From the NCBI GenBank assembly GCA_002633005.1, contig NMRA01000742.1:62001-126000 (forward strand): DNA of 64,000 nucleotides, written 5' to 3'. The notes beneath the pieces were generated by a model. The model did not search any database. It saw only the letters and a list, made by a program, of their open reading frames with translations, and was not told where the DNA came from. Numbering within the stretch: position 1 is the stretch's first letter; each line of letters opens with the position of its first letter. Of this stretch, positions 35,874 to 48,000 are shown one piece after another. The stretch comes from Phoronis australis. Lineage: Eukaryota; Animalia; Phoronida. Both the position numbers and the translations under genes were made by a program.

Positions 35874-36028
35874 TTATGCTTCAGTCAAGATGTTAAGGAA
35901 TGTTTCATAGATTAACACAAAACAAAACACTGTTAAGAAATCGTGTGAGGCTGTCGTCCCAGAATTCTTCGTTTTGTCGCCAGGAGACGAGCCACATGGA
36001 CAAGTACTGTTTCCACAAATGCACAAAT
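35874..36028 (-). CDS. Gene A terminal exon: Cys-rich stalk and hydrophobic tail
   Basis: tttcag|DLCICGNSTCPCGSSPGDKTKNSGTTASHDFLTVFCFVLIYETFLNILTEA-TAA, phase 1. Confidence 0.8.
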
Positions 36029-39000
36029 CTGAAATTAAAATGACTGAGTAATACAAAGTACTTCAGTTAAAAATTTCCACAGTTGCAGCACAAAAGCGAG
36101 TGTCACGTGCTGCTAAATGCCATCAAGACCAAGAACTAACGGCGTCAAAACAACATTTGCTAACAGAATAACGGTTTTGGGACTGTTTTCATGGACCGAC
36201 TTGCCCAATGGCCCGGTCTTCAAAAAGGAGAGCACTAGACCGGCAATCTAGAGACCTGTGGTTCGATTCTCAGTTGGGGTTCCTGATTTTTCTGTGTTTA
36301 ATTGATATATTTCACTATTGGCCAACCTCAGCGTCTATATATTTGCCGTAGTTATGTAAAATGTGAAATGCTGAGACTGGAACAGAAAAGCCACATCTTG
36401 GAGCGTGGGAATAACCAACTTATGGCTGGCCAACGAGATTTGAAGGGCAACAGACTGAAGATTGTTTGCTCTTACACAGAAGTAGTAGCCGACCCAGGTG
36501 TACAACGCTAGCCGTGACAGTACATTTGAGCAAGTTCTATTTGTTTGCTGTTTTTTTTTTATTCTATCCACACATCTTTGTTAATGGTCACGTTGTGATC
36601 AAACAAATATACAACCAATCGGAGAACGGTCGAAAAAGTTTTCGATTTCAGGTGTGCATCATGTCATGGGGTCAGACAATGGACAGTCACTGATCAGAGG
36701 AGTACCGACCTCTCGATATAACCCCACTCTGGATTAGCGCCTGTTCTTTCACAGTGAACTAAGCTGCAAATGGGCAAAACATCTTTTTGAATTCCAAAAG
36801 CAACACAGTGGATATTGCACTGCAGTTGCCGTAGAGAGCGTTAGTGCACGTTAGTGGACTTACCAGTATTGGGTGTGGTGCGCACTATACGAACCGGGGA
36901 CCCACATAAGCCGGGATACGTCTCTATGTTGTCTATGGCAAGGTCCCCTTTGCTGCCATCCTTTGTGTACTTGAAAACAACCTGAGAAGAAATGTGTTTA
37001 TTACCTGTTACAGAAGATAGACTACCTGTTTCATTAATATGATACGTAACTCGGTTTGGGAATGCTTAAAGAAATCATCAACGGTTTTCCACCTCATTAT
37101 CTATTTGAAATAAATGTCCTGTAGACCTCGAGCAAGATCGACAGCTCCTTAAACAGCCTGGTTGTTCGGCGAGTAACCAACACTGTGGGGGAAAGACTAC
37201 ATACCTAAAATCACCGTACCCCTCTAGTGACACAGTTAATAAGCGTTTTTAGTTGAATCCGGCTTTTATCGCTTAAAGAGGCCTGGAACGCGATATAGAG
37301 ACTAAATTGCAATATTGAAAGTGGTTCTCTGGCACTGAAACAGTATTTAACCAGCTTACTAGAGATTTGGGGGTTTGTTCGTGAAGATTTTTAATTTCTG
37401 TTGATATAAAAGTATTTTCTTTTAGTTCCAAATTTCAAAAACAACGACCAGTCAGTTACTCGCCACTCCGTCGATTTTACTCCCACAAGGCAAAGCATGT
37501 CTCCTTATTTGGTATGGCACAACATAGACGTAGCACATAACCCTTATATGGAAAATGTGACCTTTGACCTCAGGCGACTTCACGCAACTGACTGTGAGGG
37601 AAATTAGAAACACCGTGGTAACCACAGAGTTTTTCTGTCGCACGTATACCAAAAATCCTGAATTTTGTGTTTTTCTTGAAAATTTCCTCACTGGAAAAAG
37701 TGAATTACTCTTTACTAGACTTTGTGAGATGGCACTTTCGTCAGGAATTGTTTAAAAATGTTTTGACAACCCTTCACATTCCATGCCTCTTTAAGTGAGA
37801 CAACAATGGTGCATTAAGATTGACTAAAATCACCAAAAGGTAGGGTTTGGTATTCTTTTTTAAGCCTTAGCGCGCCTACATGTAGATTACGCGCATACAT
37901 GTACATCAACTTTAATTTATTCCATAAATGATCATTTTTTGCGCCGTTAAAAGTTTGTTTGTGACATAAATACTTGAATTTAGCCGTTAACAATTAGTTT
38001 ACCCCGCTTAAAGTTAATTTGCGCCGTAAATGATTACTAGGGGCGCAAAAATTCAATTTACGCTGTTAAGAATGAATTTACTCCATAACAATATGTAATT
38101 TCAGCAGCTAAGTCACGTGCTTAACGTTAATCCAATTGACCAACGGTACGTGGCGACCATAGCTTATTCTACTAAGGTCTTGAGTATACTCCAGAAACTA
38201 CACACGCTTTTCATTCACATGATTTTGCGTGGTCTTGTGTGATCTCACTTTTCTCACAAGAAACCTGGCGTGCCTTCCGTAGAAGCGAGAGTCTCGCAAA
38301 AATAAAAGAACCCCGGTTCGAGACATTTTCTTATAAGCCAACCACGGGACCAGTTTAATTTCTTTAGCGAAATACGTCAGTGAGTTTACGAAGCTTAAGG
38401 TCTACGGAAATATAAACCAGGCCAGCAACTACCGGTTAGTCTGGACCTACCCTGTATTCTGCGGTGTCAGCCGTGATGTTAATTTCCGCGCGCTTCCACG
38501 AATCTCCTTGGTCACCGCTCAAAGAGAGTAGTGAGAAGGGTGAATTGTTCGTCGTGTTACGGCGCTCTTGAAGTAGTTCAAACTTCCCCATAGACGAGCC
38601 GTACATGTGGTAGTAGAACCCGATACATCGCCCGTATCGAGAGGCTAAAACGGAATCAAGTGACCCTACACTAATTTGCAATACATCAATTTACAAATTA
38701 CAACACATAATCCATTAACTAAAATAACCATATCTGAGATACGCGGCGGAGGACCTAACCATGCTAAACAACATAAAATACCTAACGTATTTTCATAGTC
38801 TCAAATCTTCGCTCGGAAGAGTACGTTTTTCTGCGCATGTGTGGACCTCAATCATGCGATAAGTTACGTGTCTTTCAAATTGAAGAACCATTGACCGCAT
38901 GACTGAAGTTCGCCATGTGTACATAAAGTTCTCTGACTGGAAATTTAAGGTGTGACCCTGTATTAAAGAAAGGACAACACTGACATACTTCCAATTGACT

Positions 39001-42000
39001 CTTACACAGATATGGCGTGGCTAACTGTGCTGTATGACCCTTTCCAAAAGGTATGGAGGCTTCGCAGTACAGATAGGTGGATGAACCATTGACGCCACCC
39101 TGAGGACCTGACTGGCTGGTTACTGTTGAACCCTAAACAGACATGAATTAAAACAAAACCGTTAACACAATTAACCGGTAGTGAAATGTGCGAAGAAATA
39201 TGGGTGGCATTCTAGAGTCAGTAATTGTGAGATGACCCCATGATTCACTGCAAATACCCTTCTGGTGATTTCCTGCACTATATTTCCTATAATCGCGATG
39301 TGGCTAGAGAATTTTTACTGCTTTCTTCGGCTTTCTGAAATTGCTTTTAGCCACAAACGAAGTCAGACACACCGACAGGTGGCTCTTTTGACATCTCCTA
39401 TGGCTCCATCTGAACCTCATTATTTCACTGACCTGTGTGTCCGGCCTCCATATTCTTGTGTGTAACATCCGGGCATTCACTGCACAACTGGTTCGTATGC
39501 ACTGTATATGAATATGCAGCGCTCTGGATATTGAACTCAGCGGGTTGCCACTCCCGCACATCCGACCGGCAATCTTACAATTCCTTTCAATCTTTTGGCA
39601 AATTCCAGCTCACTGGCCCAATGAAATTTCTTTGCTTGTTGACCCGACCGGGTGCATGAATTTAGTACAAAGTAATTTTCTTTCGGGAAAATCACAATCA
39701 AGGTCCATATTCGGTGGCCACTTTTGGTGAAAAATGAAGGTTGTCATATAACTGTAAAAGCTGGGTTATTATAAAGTACCATCATTCCAGGTTTGTAATC
39801 TGAAAATTTGTACAAGAACCACCGAATAAAATTTTATGGCCTAATGCATGACATCTGTATAAAAGGGTACGTACACTACAACTTGTGGTCACAGCCCACT
39901 TCTATCATGCAAGAATTCATAAGGTAGCTGTTAATTTAATAAGTTCTTGATCAAATTGAGGAAGTATCACATACTAAAGTAAGGAAAGTTGTTACCGTGC
40001 TGATCAAGTTGTTCTAGATGACCATTACATTGCTTATCTTAACACAGTATACTGAGAACTTCTTCTCTTGCAATATGATTCTTACAAAAAGAAAATGACA
40101 AGTAACTACTTTTTTCAAAAACTCTACGCACAGTCAATCAACGTCAATGACTAAGTTACAAATGTATGGAATGGTCTCGAGTTTTGTGCTGCCTCTACTT
40201 GTTGGTTTGTTGCAGGTTGAAGTTGTCTTGAGAGATAGAGAACCTGCCTCTGCAACATCAGTTGTCACATGTCGTGTCTTCTAGGATTTTCAGTACTAGC
40301 CAAGTCCTGTGTGGCATTTTATTGTCCACAAATTTGATAATGTCCATTGTTTGTTTTGTTGTCAGACGTTATTCATTTTGGAAATATCAGTATTGTTCAT
40401 GAGAACAGCAGTATGTAATATTCTTGTGGGTAATACTTTATAGCACAGAGGTTGAAGGTACGTACACTACATTTCAATGACTTTTCAAGTTCATAAAAAT
40501 AATTAAAAAATCTAATGAGACTTAGTTCATTTACCAATATTCAAAGAGAACAAATAAAAAGTACAGACTGCAGTCATGTGCACATCTGTCTGTCATTCTT
40601 TGAAAACAGGCACATGTTAAAATGTAGGGGTACGTACACTACAAAAATGCTAATATTTCACTCAAAACAAAAGTATTTGTAATTAACACCCTTTTAACCT
40701 AGCATTTTTAATTGAGGAAACTGTCTGTGACAAGTCTTGTTTACTTACCGTGTAATATTTTTGTTTCATGGTATTCATTCACATGGGGTACGTACACTGC
40801 ACAGGGGTACCTTACAGTACATTTTGTTAGCCTTTTTGGCCTATTTTCAACATAGCAGAACCTATTCAATATGTAAACATTTGGTTTGTTTAGATATTGA
40901 ATAATTTGCTGTGTTGCCTAGGCTGACATATTTTGCACTTCTTTTCGTTACAGAGTGTGAACTTTAGCTTTTAACCTTCTTTACAGTAGGTGAGGGTTAG
41001 AAACACAGAATTTACAAATTTTCGCAACGAGTGCCTGCTTTATGATGAACCCTACCATTTATCAATGATTATAAACAACTTCATCTAATTGACTCTGAAA
41101 GTGACTCAAGTTATTCCCAGTCATATCTAAACAATTGCTTACCTGATAAAATAAATTTATTTTCTACTCGTGACAGTTGAAAAATGTTATTTTTAAAATG
41201 GCCACTCGTAACGCTAACAATGCATGTAATTCATAGACAAAAACATGCATAAATTTCTCAAACATTGTCCGATTTTGATGATTCTTTTTTTAATTCGCAC
41301 AACTGAATAACTCTTTGCATATGAGATTCAGTTAGCATTTGGTAAGTGACCAAAAAATTTATTTTAGACCGTAACACTGTCAACTCTCGAATATGGACCT
41401 TGATTGTGATTTAACAGTTTACAAAACTTTGAAACATGATGTCGCGCGTGCGTTCAATAGACGCGAGAACACCGCGAAAACGCAAGATCACGCAAGATTT
41501 CGCGAACTATCTTGCTATATATTACGAACGAAGCACATGATCACATTAGCTTCCTTCACGATGTTCTTGCGTCCGGGAAACTCATTTTTCCTATGTGGCT
41601 AAATTTATTTTCAAGCATTTAATATTTCAAGAGTCCACTCATTTTATGTTAAAGATTTCTGTTAAAAACAAACATAACATGATTGAATAACAGGTGTAGC
41701 TGTATTTTGCCTCTCACGAGTTTAACATTGTTCTCACCGACATCCGTCTCCACTGTATACCGTTGCCTGGTAAGTTTTGAAGAAATCCCACGGAACTTTC
41801 GAAATCTTCTGTAATACGAACTAATGAATCTGAAAGCAAACATTTTTAAGTAGGACATAATCAACAAGTCTGTGGATTAAGCAAAACATACAGAAACAAT
41901 ACATTGAAATTCAGTAACAGAATGTATGTTCTGAAAGTAGAAAGCTTTAAGAATTTGATTTTAGATCTTTTACTAATATGCCTTTAATTGTCTTAAGACC

Positions 42001-45000
42001 AATTTTTAGAAAACTTAAGCAAAGAACGAAAGTGCATTGATTGAAAAACGACCGTATCAATAACTTAACAAAAAAAAATCACAAGTGACTTAAAAATGAA
42101 TGTTCAACACTGTTTTCTAAATTATTATTTTGTTTTCGCTCTATGAAGCTTTTGATGTTTCAAGAAAATCATTAAGTCCTATTTTTGATAGCTCTCGTGA
42201 AAATTATGTTCCTACGTATGCATAGCCTTAACGGAAACGTGCTGGGATCAAACGTTTTGCAAATATTCTTGAAAGTTTGACTGTCCCCAAGGATTTTCTT
42301 ACATGAAGGAAGGTTCACTTATATCGTCGGCGTAGGATATTCAGACTTGGACTACAAATCCTTCTCTGGTCGAACGGTTATACATGTGCAGACGGTCAAT
42401 ACAAATCCTTCCCTGGTCACACGGTTATACATGTACGGAGGGTCCCAGTGTGAGTGACTACAGCATACGTTAGATTAGGTTTTTGATTAAAAGTTCCTCG
42501 TCCCCGGTATATCCCTTAACCCAGAGAAACTACGCCAAAGTGTTCACAACATCGACAGAACAGTCAGGGTGTCGTGCCGTAACCTCACGCTTTGAGTGAA
42601 AGGCGATTCATCACGGAAAGTCATGACATCGATAACTCGGCAATTACCGTTCATTCGTAACTCATCGGATAATTTCGTAACCTTTGCGTGTGACACGGGA
42701 GTTGCTCCGGACGGACTTTTTGGGAAGACTTTTGCGCTTTGACCGCTAATTTCTTGCGAACTCAGTAGAGCAGAACACTGTAAATGATATTGAGAGAAAG
42801 AAAAATTCCTCACGGTTTGTTGAATCTCTGTTTTCTGTAAATTTATTGAGTTTTGTGTTTGCTATGGACGGTTGAAATGAAGCACCCGTGGAATTTCTAG
42901 TCCGGAGTGTCATACCTTGTAGTATTACATAGTGTATTGGAGACGATCAGAAGCTGAGGACGCCTGTGTGTACAATGATACTGATGGTCCTGTAGCACCA
43001 CCACAATTCTCTCGAAAACGGAAAATAATCGAATGGGAATTGACCAGCGTTGTGAATGATACGAGTAAGAACCCTGCGCCGTACATCCGGCATGATATTG
43101 GCCAAAGTGAACGTTCGTAGTTTCTGTTTGTCCCCAGCCCATTTCATCCGAGAAAGGACCGAATCGAACGTTCGGAGAAAGTCTTTCGTGCGACGGGTCA
43201 CCAAGCGTAGCAGTTTTCACTGTAATGTCGTGTGAATGATGCGTCCAGCTGTGACGCAACGGCTGTTTCCTCAGTACCTATAGATACGTTTACGCCATTT
43301 CCGAGAAAGACTCGGAAGTTCTCGTAAAATTTCTCGGAAAGCACCAAAAGATATAAGTTGTCAAGGAAAACCTGGCTGTAGGTCGAATACACCGTGTGGT
43401 TAAAAGCAGCACATTACAAATCATGTTGTCTGCTGCACCCTTATCGAAAATATCCTTAGGACTCACCAACATCAGAGCATGTCGGTCCAATATACGGCTG
43501 GGGACATTCACACCTGTAGCCCTTGGACGAGTGGTAGTAGACACACGTAGCTAAACCGTGGCAGGGATTAGATAGACACGGATCTGAAACGTGTATAATG
43601 TTATCAGATGTAGCAAGCGTTGTAGCCGCTATGATGCTGAAAATGTGGAGCGTAGGCTTCATATGATATTTGAACGAGGATCTCGACACTTACTAGATTT
43701 CGGAAGTATTTTACCGGTGTAGTTTCTTGGACAAAGTTTCTTGCAATAAAACGAAATCACGCAAAATCAAGCGATTGCAAGGGGACTGAATGTTTCACAA
43801 GTACGTTCAAGACTCTGTAGGAGTGACCTAGCAAAATGGCGGTGAGGATGGAAAGTTGAATCACGAGCTAAAATGAGATAGAAATCACTGCAACCGTACA
43901 GTAAGGGATTATGTTAGCTACAAATTGCATGCTGCATTGCGTTTATGGAGCATAGCCCAAGTAAATCCTGCAGCGGTATCATACAACACGAACGCCTCAT
44001 TGCAGATGAAATGCTTTCCGTTTTATTTAAATGTTAAAAAGAGGGATCATTATTTATCAGAAGAGCCAACATGACAGCGTTATCCCGTTCAGTGACTTTA
44101 CCTGACGTAGGGGGTTCTGAGCGTGTGATACATCTTTGTTAACTGCCAAGCACTCTCTTGTCTGTTATGACAACAAGCAGGCCACTTATCTACCAGACTT
44201 ATTACAGACCACGTGTGAACACAATCAACCTCAGAGTGAATTAGTGTATTCAGAAGGAATAGATTGTCGTAACTTCGGTTGCAGTTGGGCGATTTTGGCG
44301 ATTCAAAAACTAAACAACCATTTGACGAAGATTTCAGAAATGCTATTGGTTTATGTTCAAGTATGTTATAACTTAACATTTATTTTTAACAGCACACCCC
44401 AGTCAGGTTAGATAGGTTCTTATTGGATTAGAGCAATTATCGAACAAAAGAGAGCTGGCCTTCCAACCATAAATGCCAGAATGGAGCTAATCAGTCGTGT
44501 AAGATATTGGCTACAGGGGTAATTTTCCCAACTTGTTGTTGGGCTATAGAATCGAACAAGTTGGGAGCAACGGGATAACACCGTAATGGGCCCGATTTTT
44601 TAGTATTTGTCCAAGTGCCCCTCAGTCAAATACACACAAGCAGGTCATCGAGTTCATGGAGACACATACCGAGTAAGTTGAAATCGGGATTTCCTTTACC
44701 GTGAAAGCCGACGGCCGGTAGTCGATTCATCCTTTTAAAAAACACACAAAAGCTAATCTTAAGCAACTAAAACGCATCCTGCTTTTATGCGTATCACACA
44801 TCGAACAGGAGATTTTTCCTGAAATTCCATGGGCAATACACACGAGCGCCTGTGGTGTTGTCTGAAGGTCAGTCGTCCTCTTTCTATTTATTTCAAAGAT
44901 GATTTTTTAAAGTGGCCTTTTGCAAATATTACCATCATTATCTGTGGCGTATATCGTGGCTTTGAAGTGGCCTTTGAAGGGGGACGACGATTCCTTGACA

Positions 45001-48000
45001 ATCAAAAGTGTAGTGTGTATGCCAAAGTCGTCTTTCGTAGAAATATCTCCGGGCGGACTCCTTCCACATAACCTGAGTTACAAATGCAAACATACAACAT
45101 TAGATTTAACCTTGAAAACGTTTGTCCTAGTATGACATGATTCATTTCTTTGTTTCTTAAAGTTATACTACCGAGATTTTTGTAACTCGGCGAGGCTCTA
45201 TGCTTATAGTACGTGGATCAGAATCAAAATAGCATTTCGACATTTATTGATAATAACATGACCTCCATGTCGAAACATGGAGCTAGCCGCTGGCATCCAA
45301 CAGTCAACCATCCAGCTCGCACCTGCGCGTTGACTCATAATGTCTGCTTGAGTCGATCGTCTGGCAATGAGGTCTTATAACGAGTGTGGTGTGTTTATAT
45401 GCCAGTGAACATATTTAGGTCGCACAAAGCGTTTGAATCGAAAGCTGCGACCAATCTCCGGAAGGTAGACGCATAACTACTCTTTCGCAAAAATCAGGAA
45501 TGTTTTGTAAAGCAGGTGATGAAAGCTTGACTCATCCGTTACCAAACAGCAGATGGTGACGTGACCAAGTTTAAAGCAGCATTTGCCCTGTTTAGCTGAC
45601 TAAAACAAAAATCGAATTAGGCGGCTTACTAATATAAAACGGATTTCAACCGTCGCAGATTGTGTTTTCGTTACCAACATGAAAAGCACGATAAGGAATA
45701 TCACGAGACCGATTTTATGTCTGTTTTTGTTTTTTAGCGCGCTAAATATTGCGATATGCAGCTTGAACATTACGAAATTTTTATTCAGCTTCTAACGAAA
45801 ACACCAAGATAGAGTTCATTAACGTTAGGAGCATGCTAAAAAAGCAAGACTTCACGAGATTACGGGAGACATTGGCGTGTATTTTCAAAGGAACACATGG
45901 TTTTGGTTAGATATTTCTCGCCGTTCGACAGCTATTGAACTTACTTGGGAGCTTCTTGTCCGAGAAGGTTGAATCTAACTTCAACAGAATGAGGACAAGC
46001 CATGACCTTGTCCAACTCGATGTCGAATTGTGTAAAGTGAACTCGCAAAAGACCGGGACCCTGGAATGAATATTAATAACGCAGATGTTCACCTCGATAT
46101 AAATGAACTGTCATATAATTGTTAAAGGAGGCATTACATCTTACTCAGTGTAAATTGAACAAATTTTGATTTTAGGAATAGAACGTTCATACCAACATTG
46201 TCGGCGCTGCTCATCTACCAAACAGTGCAGAACAGCAATGCTGTCCATGTAGGAAATTGAATAGATACATATATACTTAAAGGATAGTGTCGTATTTATG
46301 ACCAAAAACGCACTTTTGGGGGTATATTTCTTGAAGCTATTACCTCTGACCAGAACTATGACACAACAAAGTTCATCGCGTTTTTGAATTTTTTCAAATT
46401 CTTCAAATACCTTCATTGTCTCTTAGACGTTTGCTGAGTCAAGGCCGGTGTTTCTAGCATTCAAATACTTTAGAAAACTATGCTCTCTAACGCCTGTGGT
46501 TTGGCTCTGCCGCAGCAGAGCGTTCTGCGTGGTCGAGTCCGTCCATCGAGAATTGCCAAAAGACTTCTGTTCTCGCCAAAAATGGGGCATTGGCATGTAG
46601 ACATTGCGATTTAGCGCAAGAAACAGCAAATGGTAAACAGGTAAGAATAAATTATTAGCTAGTTACACACCAGATGTTGGACACACCACTTGAAAAGACT
46701 CTGCCACGATCGGGTTTCGAACCCAGGACTTTCCAAATGCAACCTATGCAGACGCTCTAATCCATCCATGAGATCACATACATGTACGAGTATGTTCATT
46801 CAACGTTTGACCGACTCCGAGGCTTTTGTTTCCGAGTACAATAACCATTTTGGCAATATATTATCTCAGTGCTGATATAAGACAATATCCGGGTCGACGA
46901 CTTTCCTCTACGTTTGGGCTTTTTTCTCACCCCCCCCCCCAGTTCTCGGCAAATAAACTCCATATGCCGCTTGCAGCCCGTCGCTAGGCGGGCCAGCCTA
47001 ATACCATGGGCGGCGCGCTATATGAGGCTGGGGGGCTATAGTCCCCCACTTTTTTCAGTGCTGCGCCGCCCATGAATACCGCTCAAAAATAAAACAGATA
47101 ACAACAGCACCCGCTCATTGATTGTACATGTATAATGCATTAAATCCCACGGGCTTAAGCTTAAATGTGCAATACAATCCCACAAGTGTCCGATATAAGC
47201 CCATCTTGGTCAAAGACGACCTCCGTTTGTGGAGCTACTCAACTACAAATACATAGGCTTATACATGTATCAGAGCGGTTGGTATACAAGAATAGCAAAC
47301 ATATCAAAATTATCCAGAAAGCAATGGATTGATCAGAGTTACAGGAACATGACCCGTATTTTGGTTCACCTGATTCTTCACGCTCTTTTTCGCTTCCAAA
47401 GAATTGTAACGTACTCTTACAGTACCTTCAATAACCAGACGCATGTCCTGCTGTCTGTACCATCGGGAGTAGACACCCAACCAATTGAAACTGAGTCACC
47501 CACTTTTGCAAGCTCGATAACTCCACCACAATCTGGAATACAAAGGCCCTTTTAGATCAGTCAGACGTATTTGCTTCATCCTTTGTTGCATTTCTACCAT
47601 GTTTCATGCGCGTACCCAGCCATTAATATGGGGGGGAGCTCGAATTTCCGACGATGTGGACCTTTTACCGACAAAAAGCCAAAGGACTAAAAAACGGGGT
47701 ACCACGTCCAGGGCTGTGAATTGTGCGTTTGCGCCTTTTTAGTGGACTTTTTGTCTCGTTTTCTCGGAGTTTTTGTTTCTCTGGGGCGGACCTTTTTGTC
47801 CACTTCGCCAAATAGGGGGGCTCCTTGGAGCCCCCCGAGCCCCCCCTGTGTTCGCGCATGTGTTTAACTGATGAATTCTAACCCAAGTGCTTTGAGGTTT
47901 AAAACAAAGCAACACTTATCCGATGTTGAAGTGCTGCCGAATTACCTGGCTACTCAAGTCACGTGACATTTTTGAATTCGTAATTTCAGTGCGTGAGTAT

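Noticed and set aside
36194-36297. Functional tRNA gene
   Set aside because: A box/D arm interrupted and no complete acceptor stem; better explained as a SINE remnant. Same for 46700-46765.
42897-43392. Overlapping ORFs, faint Gag-like peptide FLRTFDSVLSRMKW
   Set aside because: No LTRs, pol motifs or splice support seen; cannot be supported without a search.
45263-45286. Hairpin ctccatgt-cgaa-acatggag followed by ctag as a Helitron 3' end or terminator
   Set aside because: No spacer before CTAG, no matching 5' end, and rho-independent terminators do not apply to this genome.
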